58,462 nucleotides of DNA from a bacterium (GTDB lineage: Bacteria > Patescibacteriota > Patescibacteriia > JAZDGP01), in assembly GCA_043806935.1 (NCBI GenBank), contig JAZDGP010000003.1:1-58462 (forward strand), in the 5' to 3' direction. The notes beneath the pieces were generated by a model. That model was not told the DNA's origin, did not search any database, and saw only the letters and a program-made list of their open reading frames with translations. The position numbers were made by a program, and so were the translations under genes. This document shows, one piece after another, positions 26,492 to 36,129 of the stretch (its first letter is position 1; each line of letters begins with the position of its first letter).

Positions 26492-27209
26492 TTTGAAACA
26501 CCATAATCATCCCCTCCGCCATTCTCCGCCAATAGCGTGATACCAACCTATTGATCAAAAACTTTTCAAAATGGCAGTAGCTGCTACGTTCAATAATTTT
26601 GAATCCATAGTGGGCAGCCATTTCTGTTAAAGCATCCTCGGTAAATATCCTCAAATGGCCAACCGCTAAACTGGAACTGATGCCAAATAAACGATAAAAC
26701 TCTTTGCGTCCAAACATACGTTCCCGAAAAGACACTTCCATTGGAAACGGCAACCAGCCAAACAAAACAAAAAGCCGATTGTACCAAGAGACAAGGTTAG
26801 GAGTGGTAATAATTAACGATCCTCCTGGCTTCAAAACTCTCCGGCATTCAAGAAAAAAATTATCCACGTCGTACAAATGTTCAATTACTTCTCCAGCAAG
26901 CACTATATTAAATCGGTTATCATCATAACTCAGCCGATTATTAATATCCTCCACTCTAAATTCGTAGGAATATTGGTTCTTAGCTAATTGAATCGCTTCA
27001 TTAGAAATGTCCATCCCTTCAAACAGCACTCCTGGAAAATGTTGAACGTAGTGCTGAAGCAATTCACCACTTCCGCAACCAATCTCCAACACTCTCTGGC
27101 CAGAATGGCTATACCGATTTAATAAGCTTTTAATTTTTTTAACACGGTCGACATCATATTCCTCCAACGGTTTGCGGTATCCTTCTTTGTAAAAATCAGC
27201 GAGAGCCAT
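26481..27209 (-). CDS. Class I SAM-dependent methyltransferase
   Basis: SAM motif VLEIGCGSGELL plus the post-I acidic residue, then VLKPGGSLIITTPN. Confidence 0.8.
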   Translation of the reverse strand: MALADFYKEGYRKPLEEYDVDRVKKIKSLLNRYSHSGQRVLEIGCGSGELLQHYVQHFPGVLFEGMDISNEAIQLAKNQYSYEFRVEDINNRLSYDDNRFNIVLAGEVIEHLYDVDNFFLECRRVLKPGGSLIITTPNLVSWYNRLFVLFGWLPFPMEVSFRERMFGRKEFYRLFGISSSLAVGHLRIFTEDALTEMAAHYGFKIIERSSYCHFEKFLINRLVSRYWRRMAEGMIMVFQNDK

Positions 27210-28410
27210 ATAATTGTTTATATAATTGATACGTCTTTTCTGTAACTTTTGGCATTGATCGATATTCAGCCAATGCTTTCATTTTACTTTGAGCAGATGC
27301 TATTTCTCCTTTGAAATACTGGCCTAGTTTTGTTGCTAAGCTATCAGCGGTTTGTCGGAACACGATCTCCGGTATCTGAATATCCTCAGCTAAAGCGTCA
27401 CTCACCAAGAAATCAGCTCCATACGCCAAGGAAAAGGCCAGCGGACCGCTGGTACCCATATACACTGAATAAGGTATAACACACACATCACTGGCTCCAT
27501 AATACACCGATATTTCTTCTTCTCCTACAAACCCAACCCACCGATATTGGCCATTAGGAATAACAGCAACCGCGCGTTCCTGCAACGTATTATAAAACGA
27601 CTGATAGGGTTTGTCATTCTTTAAATTAGGATTCATACCGCCAGCTATGATCAAAAAAGCTTTGGGGTTGTTAACAGTATATTTGGCAAATCCATCAATT
27701 AAGAGCGGCAAACCTTTATAACCTGAGATAAAGCCAAAAAATAAACAGATATGGCCGTCTAACGGCAATTTCAGTTGCTGTCGCGCTTCCTCTCGCGGAG
27801 CCATTTTAATTGTCTGCTCAACGTAGTGATTGATAACCTCCACTCGCTCCGCAGGCACTCCGTAATCCTCCACCATTGTCCTGCGGAAACTGGTTTCGTG
27901 CACCACCACCTTTTGCGATAAAACAGTTACTAATTTATAAATGACGTAAAAAGCTGACTTAATCATCCAAATTGGCAATCTGGTGTTATTACTGCGTACA
28001 AACTCGTCGTCAATAAAATTCAAAGACACAACCCCATGAACCGTTGTAATAACCGGTATCTTTTTCAATCTCAAATAAACGTAAACTAAAAACAAAAATA
28101 CCGAACTGATCTGCCCTCCATACAATCTTAATTCATGTTGGATATGGACCAAATCTGGACGTAATTGACGCAACTGGTTTATCAGCTGAAAAGGAAATTT
28201 CCAGCCTTTTTGCCAGCAATGGCGCACTTCAACATTATCTTTCAGACGATATGTTTCTTCTCCACGGTACATATTCGCCAAAAAGTAAACTTGGTCATTT
28301 GATTGGAAAGGAACATTCGATATCATGTTCTTGGAATACAAATCTGGGCCTCCAGTGCGTGGAATATTTTGATCAGGTGGAAAAATGCAGGAAATAAACA
28401 CTAATTTCAT
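27196..28410 (-). CDS. Glycosyltransferase, GT4-like
   Basis: GT-B-type layout with the start MKLVFISCIFPPD and C-terminal FLIIAGG...ASDVCVIPY. Confidence 0.7.
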   Translation of the reverse strand: MKLVFISCIFPPDQNIPRTGGPDLYSKNMISNVPFQSNDQVYFLANMYRGEETYRLKDNVEVRHCWQKGWKFPFQLINQLRQLRPDLVHIQHELRLYGGQISSVFLFLVYVYLRLKKIPVITTVHGVVSLNFIDDEFVRSNNTRLPIWMIKSAFYVIYKLVTVLSQKVVVHETSFRRTMVEDYGVPAERVEVINHYVEQTIKMAPREEARQQLKLPLDGHICLFFGFISGYKGLPLLIDGFAKYTVNNPKAFLIIAGGMNPNLKNDKPYQSFYNTLQERAVAVIPNGQYRWVGFVGEEEISVYYGASDVCVIPYSVYMGTSGPLAFSLAYGADFLVSDALAEDIQIPEIVFRQTADSLATKLGQYFKGEIASAQSKMKALAEYRSMPKVTEKTYQLYKQLYGSR

Positions 28411-29315
28411 AATCGTTCCAACATCTTTAACGTATGCTCATACACGGTATCCACTAGCACTCTGTCAATGCATTGCGGTTGATGATAACAATTTGGTTTA
28501 TATGAACAGAAACAAGGAGCTTCTTTATCATATAATTTTACCATTCGCCCATAATCATGAATTTCCATTGGAGAGGTCGGCCCAAAAATCGCCACTACTT
28601 TTTTTTGTAAAGCCAACGCTAAATGCATTGCCAAAGTGTCTCCGCAGACAATCACCCGGCTATCATTAATATCGCTTAGATATTCCAACAACCCGGCCCG
28701 TTTAGTAAAAACAACAACCGGTATGCCACGTTCTTTCAATTTATCATACAACTGGTCATAACCGGACCATCTTTTTGTCGGCCACCGCTCTCCTCCAGCC
28801 CATCTCTCTACCCCAACCGCATACTTGGTTTCCCTGCTCAAATTAACTCCCAACTGGTACTCCTGATCAGTAAACGGTAAACTAAACATTTCGTACAAAT
28901 ATTCTTGGAACGTTCTATTGTTTTGTTTTTTTAACTCATCAGCTTTCTCTTTGCCATGTCTTGAAATCAAACTCATATCAAACCATCCTTTACCATGATC
29001 GGTATATTTCACTTCATTGGTAATTTCATCAACATACACCCCTACCAATGAATGCCGTTTAACTTTCTGCACCAATTGTAAAACTGGTAATTCTTCATCA
29101 AGAGATATTACTAAATCAAAATACTGACCTAAAAGCCGTTGGTGGTCATAATCATCACCAAACCGGTAAACACATTTAAGATAGGGATTAAGGCATAACA
29201 ATTCATAACTGCTTGGGGAAGTCAGCCAATGAGCATCACCTTTAATAGCCGGCAATAAAGCCGTTGTCCTTACTACATCGCCCAATGCTCCTAATTTTAC
29301 AATCAACACTTTCAT
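28407..29315 (-). CDS. Glycosyltransferase family 9 (heptosyltransferase-like)
   Basis: MKVLIVKLGALGDVVRTTALLPAIK N-terminus and GDTLAMHLALALQKKVVAIFGPTSP, matching the GT9 DSGPMHLAAALGxPxVALFGPTxP block. Confidence 0.75.
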   Translation of the reverse strand: MKVLIVKLGALGDVVRTTALLPAIKGDAHWLTSPSSYELLCLNPYLKCVYRFGDDYDHQRLLGQYFDLVISLDEELPVLQLVQKVKRHSLVGVYVDEITNEVKYTDHGKGWFDMSLISRHGKEKADELKKQNNRTFQEYLYEMFSLPFTDQEYQLGVNLSRETKYAVGVERWAGGERWPTKRWSGYDQLYDKLKERGIPVVVFTKRAGLLEYLSDINDSRVIVCGDTLAMHLALALQKKVVAIFGPTSPMEIHDYGRMVKLYDKEAPCFCSYKPNCYHQPQCIDRVLVDTVYEHTLKMLERL

Positions 29316-29395
29316 TGCTAAATATGCAATTTAATTATTATTATATTCCCTAGGTTACAATAAAAAACAAATAAAAACAAGAAAAAAAATTCTGG

Positions 29396-29423
29396 TTGAC
29401 TATATTTCTTTTTCCACTACAAT
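29396..29423 (+). promoter_or_regulatory. Sigma-70-type promoter for CDS 29434-31152
   Basis: TTGACT (29396-29401), a 16-nt spacer, then TACAAT (29418-29423). There are only 10 nt between the -10 and the ATG, so the leader is very short or absent. Confidence 0.5.
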
Positions 29424-29433
29424 ATCCATACTT

Positions 29434-31152
29434 ATGAATCCATTCAAAAAGCTAGTAGAACACTTTCAAACCCATCCTGCAAATTATCTTTCTATTTTAC
29501 CAGCTCTGTTTCTCCTAAGCGGTTTCTGGTTTATCCCTGGTTATATACAACTGCTAGATCTAACCGTGGGTCCTGCTCTTGCTTCTAAGGCACAAGGATT
29601 CACAGGCTTTGATTATCTGCTCCACTGGCTGGCAATGGCTGGTGTTTTAGAAACAGGCCAAAAAGTCATACTCGTTGTTGTGCTCTGGCTTGCCACCCTA
29701 GGCTGCTACCGTCTCCTTGATAAATACCCAAGCTGGACTAAAATCAGCGGTTCCCTGCTCTACATCATCAATCCATTCGTCTATTACAGGATGATCACAG
29801 GGCAGATCAATGTGATAATCATTCTAGCTCTCCTACCATGGGCATTACGTTACATTATTGCTCTGTTGGAGACATCAAACACAAAAAATTGTTTGCGTGT
29901 CGGAGTCATCACTGCCGCCATGGGGCTATTCGCTCCACATGGGCTGCTTATACTAGCAATTATCTACGCGATCGCTTTTATTGCCTATTTATGGAAAACG
30001 CCAACATGGCAAAAAAAATTATTCTCCCTTCCTTACCTTTTAATCATATTAGCGGCTGTCTTAATGGTAAACAGCTTTTGGATCATTCCCGCGATCCAAG
30101 GAAAGGGATACGTGGGGGAATATTTGACCGATATCTCCCACCCAATCCAAAACACTATCTACCAAACGATTACGGACTCAAACTGGGGATTGGGCTACAA
30201 CGTACTGGGACTATACGGATTCTGGGCTGAAAACAACTTTTTCAACTTAAGCAATAAATCGTTCGCTCCTTGGTGGCCATATCTATTGCCCATCATACTA
30301 TTCGTTATTATTCTTGGAGCACTATCCACATGGAAACAGTACCGTGAATTTTCCTCCTCGCGTAAAACCTTAATCGTAGTATTAAGTTCTGCCGCTCTCC
30401 TCGGCTTCTTTTTGTCCTTAGGAATAGCCTCGCCGCTCACCAAATCCCCTATGGAATGGCTTTACAGGCACTTTGTCCCGCTCCAAGGTTTTAGAGACTC
30501 TCATAAATTTTTAGTTATCACCATTATTGGCTACGGATATTTCTACGCTGCCGGATTGGAATATCTGGCAAAAAAAACAGAAATTATCAACAGATGGAAA
30601 TTATCAGGGGCGGTATTGGGAATCGGTATCCTTATACCGTTCCTATACACTCCAGGAGTCTTTGGAAACTTCCACGGCGTGGTCCAGCCAGCGGTATTCC
30701 CGCAAAGCTGGGCAACAGTGCAAACATTTCTTAATAATGACCAAACGGATTACCGCGTGCTTGTATTTCCATGGCATCAATACCAAAGCTACGCTTTTCT
30801 CAACAACAAAAAAGTAGCCAACTTAGCTACCGTCTTCTTTAACAATAATCTTATCGTAGGCGACAATGTGGAATTTGGGGTGTACTCCACTTCCAGACGT
30901 AAAGAATCAAAGATAACTGACTTGTTTCTAGTTCTCCCTAACGACAAGAAAGAAAAAATGGCAACCACCATGGCTTATAATCTCAACGTAAAGTACATAA
31001 TCCTTACCAAAGAAGTCGACTGGAATACCTATCTCTGGCTTGACAAAGCGGATGGTTTGGAAAAAGTGTTTGACTCTAAAGAAATTTCTCTCTACGAAAA
31101 CAAAAGATGGAAGACCAATAACAGCCGGGTAATTAATCAACAGCCTGATTAA
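29434..31152 (+). CDS. GT-C-like integral membrane protein (572 aa), smaller paralog of CDS 22699-25605
   Basis: About 400 aa of TM helices plus a roughly 170-aa C-terminal soluble domain. Its 3' end overlaps the convergent FkbM gene by 20 bp. Confidence 0.5.
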   Translation: MNPFKKLVEHFQTHPANYLSILPALFLLSGFWFIPGYIQLLDLTVGPALASKAQGFTGFDYLLHWLAMAGVLETGQKVILVVVLWLATLGCYRLLDKYPSWTKISGSLLYIINPFVYYRMITGQINVIIILALLPWALRYIIALLETSNTKNCLRVGVITAAMGLFAPHGLLILAIIYAIAFIAYLWKTPTWQKKLFSLPYLLIILAAVLMVNSFWIIPAIQGKGYVGEYLTDISHPIQNTIYQTITDSNWGLGYNVLGLYGFWAENNFFNLSNKSFAPWWPYLLPIILFVIILGALSTWKQYREFSSSRKTLIVVLSSAALLGFFLSLGIASPLTKSPMEWLYRHFVPLQGFRDSHKFLVITIIGYGYFYAAGLEYLAKKTEIINRWKLSGAVLGIGILIPFLYTPGVFGNFHGVVQPAVFPQSWATVQTFLNNDQTDYRVLVFPWHQYQSYAFLNNKKVANLATVFFNNNLIVGDNVEFGVYSTSRRKESKITDLFLVLPNDKKEKMATTMAYNLNVKYIILTKEVDWNTYLWLDKADGLEKVFDSKEISLYENKRWKTNNSRVINQQPD

Positions 31153-31960
31153 CAAACAATAGATCAACAGCTTCTATAATTTCAGTTTCTTTGAAAATAC
31201 GGCCGACTGAAATTAGTTTTAATTGAGGAGCTATTTGTTGAAGCAGACCCATGACTGACAAAAAGTTGCCATCTGATGGCCGGTCGACACTTATCTCTAA
31301 AATCAGGTATCGTGACTTTGCAATGATCTCTGAACTTGCAACAAAAACATCGTATTCAGTACCTTCTACGTCAATTTTGAGCAAATCAATATGTGGTTCG
31401 TTGTTAATTTCTGATATTTGAGACAGGCGACGACCGCTGACATTGTAGGCAACCGCGCCTGATGAGTCGTTTCTTGGATGGAGAAAAACGCTAGCAACCA
31501 AGCTAGTTTCTTTTGGTAAATACATTTCAAAAGACTGTTTGGTGGCTACGGCGCAATTAAAAATATCTTTTTTGGCGTTTAATTGTAATAGAGAGAACGA
31601 CTTTGACATTGGTTCTATGCTATATACTGTCTTGGCATGCAGATAAATTTTGGCGAATAAATTGAATTGCCCGATGTTAGCGCCGATATCAACAATAACA
31701 CTATTAGGAGCAATGCACTTGTGTAAAAAAGAATTATCAACAAAGACACTCTGGAGAAAAGCCAATCCAAAAATTTCATCATAATAGTAATTAACGCCAA
31801 ATATTTTTACATTGGTAATTCCAGGTTGTATGCCAAAGAGAACGTTTTTGCAAAGCAAAAAATATTTCTTACAAATGAAAGACAATTTTTGCCATAGCGG
31901 CAAAGAAAGTTTTAAAAAGCTGTAATCGAGTCGGAGAGAACGAATAATAAATTTCAACAT
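31133..31960 (-). CDS. FkbM-family methyltransferase
   Basis: VIVDIGANIGQFNLFA and LLKIDVEGTEYDVF blocks typical of the FkbM (Methyltransf_21) family. Confidence 0.8.
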   Translation of the reverse strand: MLKFIIRSLRLDYSFLKLSLPLWQKLSFICKKYFLLCKNVLFGIQPGITNVKIFGVNYYYDEIFGLAFLQSVFVDNSFLHKCIAPNSVIVDIGANIGQFNLFAKIYLHAKTVYSIEPMSKSFSLLQLNAKKDIFNCAVATKQSFEMYLPKETSLVASVFLHPRNDSSGAVAYNVSGRRLSQISEINNEPHIDLLKIDVEGTEYDVFVASSEIIAKSRYLILEISVDRPSDGNFLSVMGLLQQIAPQLKLISVGRIFKETEIIEAVDLLFVNQAVD

Positions 31961-32019
31961 GATCGCATTAATTATGCTTATTCTTTCGTTAAAATGATAA
32001 ATGGTCTTTCAGCTAATAA

Positions 32020-33003
32020 CTATCCTAAATCATCCTTCTTGGAAAAACAAGATTGGTTATCAAAATGGTGGCTTTGTTTACGCACTACAAACAAAGGACG
32101 ATTCATCACTTCCCGATGGATGTTTCCGATATAAAGAGCTATCAGACCAAGACAGATAAGCACGATACCAATTAGAAACAGATTAAAAACAGCGAGAAAA
32201 GCAGTGCCAGTAATCTTTAAATTTAACATATCATCCAGAATAAACCGCTCTATGAGCATAAATAAACCCATAAACCCGGAAATAACAGTGATTATAATCC
32301 CTAAATAACCAGCTAACCGCAATGGAAATAAACTATGGCTTACAAAACTAGAGCTCGCTAATCTCACCAGCTTAACAAAGCTATATCCAGCTTCTCCATC
32401 TAACCGTTTGCAAGCTTTAAAACGTACAAAAGCTTGAGGGAACCCCAACCAATCTAATAATCCCCTAGTCATACGCTCACGTTCAGTAAATCTGTTAAAC
32501 ACATTAACTACCGTACGGTCCAAAAGACGATAATCAGTTCCTCTAGGAATCATATGGGTCTCTCCAATCGCTTCCATAATCTTATAAAACAGCCATGACC
32601 CTGTTCGTTTAATATATCCCTCCCCCTGGTTCTTTTCTCTCACTCCCACTACCACCTTATGGCCTTCTTCCCACTTCCTGATGAATTCAGTTAGTAGTTC
32701 CACAGGATGTTGGAGATCAGCGTCAATCATCACCACAGCGTCTCCCTGAGCGTACTGCAATCCAGCGGTCGTAGCGATCTCTTTGCTAAAATTCCTAGAG
32801 AATTGTAGATATTTCACTTTATCATCCTGTTTAGCCAATTGTTCTATCATTATTAAGCTGTTATCAACACTGCCGTCATCCACAAAAATAATCTCGTGGT
32901 CGTAATTTAACAACTGTCCTAACACCTGTTTTAACTGTTGGTAAAGCGCTGGAAGGTTTACTTCCTCGTTATAAACCGGCACGATAATCGAAATCAATTT
33001 CAT
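32020..33003 (-). CDS. GT2 polyprenyl-phosphate sugar synthase (GtrB/CsbB/ArnC-like)
   Basis: MKLISIIVPVYNEE, DDGSVD and DADLQHP motifs plus two C-terminal TM helices. Confidence 0.8.
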   Translation of the reverse strand: MKLISIIVPVYNEEVNLPALYQQLKQVLGQLLNYDHEIIFVDDGSVDNSLIMIEQLAKQDDKVKYLQFSRNFSKEIATTAGLQYAQGDAVVMIDADLQHPVELLTEFIRKWEEGHKVVVGVREKNQGEGYIKRTGSWLFYKIMEAIGETHMIPRGTDYRLLDRTVVNVFNRFTERERMTRGLLDWLGFPQAFVRFKACKRLDGEAGYSFVKLVRLASSSFVSHSLFPLRLAGYLGIIITVISGFMGLFMLIERFILDDMLNLKITGTAFLAVFNLFLIGIVLICLGLIALYIGNIHREVMNRPLFVVRKQSHHFDNQSCFSKKDDLG

Positions 33004-33013
33004 GCTCTCTACC

Positions 33014-34306
33014 TTAATCTAAATCAACTTTTTGTTCAACCCCTGTTCGTTGCCAGAGTGTACGCATCCCTATGATCAACAACAGCACGGTGATTATAGA
33101 TGTTATTGTCAACATAGAAACAAAATCAGCAATGGTTGTTGGATGATACGCAGATGGAACAATAAACAAAAATAACTGCAGAACAGCAATGGTCGCAATT
33201 GCTGCAACTCCCCACCAGACGTGACGAGCTACATACAGCGAAGCGGTAACAGTCGCTACTGCCAACAAACCCATAAAAAAAGCTACTTCAGTCATCACGC
33301 TGGCTGCTAAAGAAAATTTGTCGCCATATAAATAATGCAATAATTGCTGTCCAAACAACCATGTGCCAACCACGCCTAATAACACCAATGCCCCGACTGC
33401 CAGTAATCCACGCCTAGCGATCCAACGTTCTTCCGCCGGTCCGGCAACGCTAAACATTGGATAAAGCACCACACCGAACGCCGCGCTGATGTACAACACG
33501 GCTTTGCCAAACAAAGAAATAACGGCATAAGCGCCAACATCAGACGGTATAGCTAACCTAGCCAGAAAAACATCATTGCTCGTCAACCATGTGATTGCCA
33601 CTAATGAACATGTTGCTAAACCGGAATGTTTCCACAAACGCGGACATTTGACTGAAACGTCTTCTGCCTTAGGTAAATCATTAGATACTATCTGCCAAAG
33701 CAACGGCAGTATTATAATATTCTCAATCAGCAAAGCAAAAAACAGTTCTTGCGTTCCTAATCCCTTTAGTCCAACTACGATATAAGCGATCACTACCTTT
33801 ACTAGCGCATCGCCAACGCCAACCATCGCATATAATCTCCAACGTCCCAACCCTTGGGCAATTGCGCGCAAAATCGCCACCCAGCCAGCTGTGACTACAA
33901 CAAACGCCATAATGGTAAAAACAATTGGACCGCCCAATATAAACCAATGCTGCGCAACCAATGAAACGGCAATAACTGTTGCCACGATTGCCAATCCAGT
34001 CTGGAGTGAAACGATTTTTAAAGCGTTTAAAAAAGAACGTAATTTAACAGGATTATTTTTTTTATAGTCAGCGGCAAAATGAGTAGCTGTTATGCTCAAT
34101 CCAGCTGGCAAAACCAACAAGGTAGAATAGATGGCCCAGAGCGTTTCAAAATCCCCAAACTCGCCAACCGCCATATATTTAGCAAGCACTAAATGCATGG
34201 CGTACGCTGCCACTCCGCTCATCACCACTGCCGCTAACGGCCAATGGACATTAGACAACCAACCCCAAGAAGCCTTAAATGAACTCAACCGTACTTGAAA
34301 AGACAT
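33014..34306 (-). CDS. Polysaccharide/oligosaccharide flippase-like (MOP/Wzx-type) membrane protein
   Basis: About 12 TM helices across 430 aa, within the glycan locus. Start set at the ATG at 34306 (MSFQVRLSS). Confidence 0.55.
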   Translation of the reverse strand: MSFQVRLSSFKASWGWLSNVHWPLAAVVMSGVAAYAMHLVLAKYMAVGEFGDFETLWAIYSTLLVLPAGLSITATHFAADYKKNNPVKLRSFLNALKIVSLQTGLAIVATVIAVSLVAQHWFILGGPIVFTIMAFVVVTAGWVAILRAIAQGLGRWRLYAMVGVGDALVKVVIAYIVVGLKGLGTQELFFALLIENIIILPLLWQIVSNDLPKAEDVSVKCPRLWKHSGLATCSLVAITWLTSNDVFLARLAIPSDVGAYAVISLFGKAVLYISAAFGVVLYPMFSVAGPAEERWIARRGLLAVGALVLLGVVGTWLFGQQLLHYLYGDKFSLAASVMTEVAFFMGLLAVATVTASLYVARHVWWGVAAIATIAVLQLFLFIVPSAYHPTTIADFVSMLTITSIITVLLLIIGMRTLWQRTGVEQKVDLD

Positions 34307-34342
34307 GAACAAAGTATAACTGAAATTATAATAAAAACACAC

Positions 34343-34370
34343 TTGTCTTTCCTAAGAATTCCGCTATACT
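34343..34370 (+). promoter_or_regulatory. Sigma-70-type promoter for tRNA-Asp
   Basis: TTGTCT (34343-34348), a 16-nt spacer, then TATACT (34365-34370), 12 nt before the tRNA 5' end. The geometry matches the ssrA promoter. Confidence 0.5.
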
Positions 34371-34382
34371 GATTCCGTCCTT

Positions 34383-34459
34383 GGACCGGTAGTTCAGTTG
34401 GTTAGAATGCTCCCCTGTCACGGGAGAGGTCGCGGGTTCGAATCCCGTCCGGTCCGCCA
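34383..34459 (+). tRNA. tRNA-Asp (anticodon GUC), CCA encoded
   Basis: Cloverleaf GGACCGG / GTTC-AGTTGGTTA-GAAT / CTCCC-CTGTCAC-GGGAG / GCGGG-TTCGAAT-CCCGT / CCGGTCC-G-CCA. Confidence 0.95.
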
Positions 34460-34754
34460 GTTAAAATCTTGCAAACCAGAAAAAATTGTCTCGCTCGGTA
34501 GTCAATTTGTATTGTTTTTAGGAAGAAAACGAAAATAATTTATCAATAAGGACAAAAGAAGCAGTTTAATACTACAGCTATTGACGTGTTAAATAAACTA
34601 TGTTATTATTTAAATACAATATACACTTAAATCATACCTTGACATAAGAGAGTGCAGAAAAATGCAGACGGCTTCAGAATAATTGGCTAATCCTAGCCAT
34701 AAATTCTCTTGAATCCTACTATTTTTCTACAGTCTCAAGTAAAGGAGGTAACAA

Positions 34755-35183
34755 ATGGACAAATCACTTAATCAAAATCGAATTTTTGAGCTCGGGAAAA
34801 TTTATCTCCAGTGGTTGAACACATGGAATTTCGTCAGCGACAAGTGGGTGATGACCGGACTTAGTGAAACAAAACGCTTGCTTGGACTACTGGCACATAA
34901 ATGTCCTCTGTGCCAAATGAATACTCATTACTACATGATTCTCTGCCAGGCAAAAGATGCCGATGGGAATCCAATCGGTAAACAACAAATATTGCCGCAT
35001 TACACCAAGAGTGGATTCTTTCCGGGAATGATAGAGCCACTTGGAAAGCTAAATTTCGGTATATGCCCCACCGGACACGAAACCGCAAAAATTTATGTGA
35101 ATTGTAATGGTGGGGACGGTTCTTGGGGTGATCTTGTTCATCAGTTCAATGGGAACGAGATATCACAAATCGCACGTCCCTAG
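34755..35183 (+). CDS. Hypothetical Cys/His-containing protein (142 aa)
   Basis: Good SD (AAGGAGG) 7 nt upstream, CPLC...C...CPTGH pattern, and a terminator follows. I recognise no family. Confidence 0.55.
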   Translation: MDKSLNQNRIFELGKIYLQWLNTWNFVSDKWVMTGLSETKRLLGLLAHKCPLCQMNTHYYMILCQAKDADGNPIGKQQILPHYTKSGFFPGMIEPLGKLNFGICPTGHETAKIYVNCNGGDGSWGDLVHQFNGNEISQIARP

Positions 35184-35200
35184 CTTAATCATTTCGAGTT

Positions 35201-35236
35201 TGCCAGTTCTCCATAAAACTGGCATTTTTCTTTTTT
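35201..35236 (+). terminator. Rho-independent terminator
   Basis: Stem tgccagtt (35201-35208) / aactggca (35217-35224) followed by tttttctttttt. Confidence 0.7.
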
Positions 35237-35310
35237 CCGACAATTTACCGCCAAAATACAAAATTATTTACAATGATTTTGTAAATTAAATTAAACTATT
35301 AACGTTCTAC

Positions 35311-36129
35311 TTACCCCTCGCTATAAAGTGAGGGTTTTGTATTTTTCATCCTCCACAGCCACCCAATTGCTAATACAATTACCACAAGACTGACCCATTG
35401 CGGTAGACGTAATCCCAACCAAGCAGGAGTGTTGTCTATTCGTATAAACTCAATACAGAACCTTCCTACACTGTACCAAGCCAAATAATAGGCAAACACA
35501 GCTCCCTTGCCCTTACGAGCCAACAGAGGCTCTATAATGGCTAATAAAGCCACTCCAATAACATTCCAGAGGAATTCATACAAAAAGGCTGGATGGAAGT
35601 AGGAAAAGCCTTCATAGCCAAAGGGACGATGCTGTAGATCAATGGGAATACCCCATTGCTTGTTAGTAGACAACCCAAACAGCTCCTGGTTAAACCAATT
35701 GCCCCAGCGCCCGATTGCTTGCCCCAACAGCAAAGCAGGACTGAACCAATCCGCTACTGCCAAAAACTTGTCTTTTCCTGCCTTCCACCAAGCAGCCAGC
35801 GCTCCAGCCAAGATACCGCCATGGATTGCTAATCCCCCTTCCCACACTTTAATAATCTCTCCTGGATTTGAAAAATAAAACACTGGATTAACAAACAGCA
35901 CTTCGTAGATTCTAGCTCCAGCAAGTCCAGCCACAAAGACAATGAGAACAAAGTCAATCGTCTGGTCCCATGTCCAATTAACTTCAAGAAATTTACGTTT
36001 CCTGAAAGCAATCACTGCCAGAGCAGCAGTCAGAGCCACTAAGTACATAATGCCGTACCAATGAATAGACAAAGATCCCCACTGCCAGAGAGTGGCATTG
36101 GGGATATAATCTCGCAAGAAGTTTCCCAT
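35311..36129 (-). CDS. lgt: Prolipoprotein diacylglyceryl transferase
   Basis: IHWYGIMYLVA, GGLAIHGG and GRWGNWFNQELFG motifs. Its start shares nt 36129 with the upstream stop. Confidence 0.9.
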   Translation of the reverse strand: MGNFLRDYIPNATLWQWGSLSIHWYGIMYLVALTAALAVIAFRKRKFLEVNWTWDQTIDFVLIVFVAGLAGARIYEVLFVNPVFYFSNPGEIIKVWEGGLAIHGGILAGALAAWWKAGKDKFLAVADWFSPALLLGQAIGRWGNWFNQELFGLSTNKQWGIPIDLQHRPFGYEGFSYFHPAFLYEFLWNVIGVALLAIIEPLLARKGKGAVFAYYLAWYSVGRFCIEFIRIDNTPAWLGLRLPQWVSLVVIVLAIGWLWRMKNTKPSLYSEG

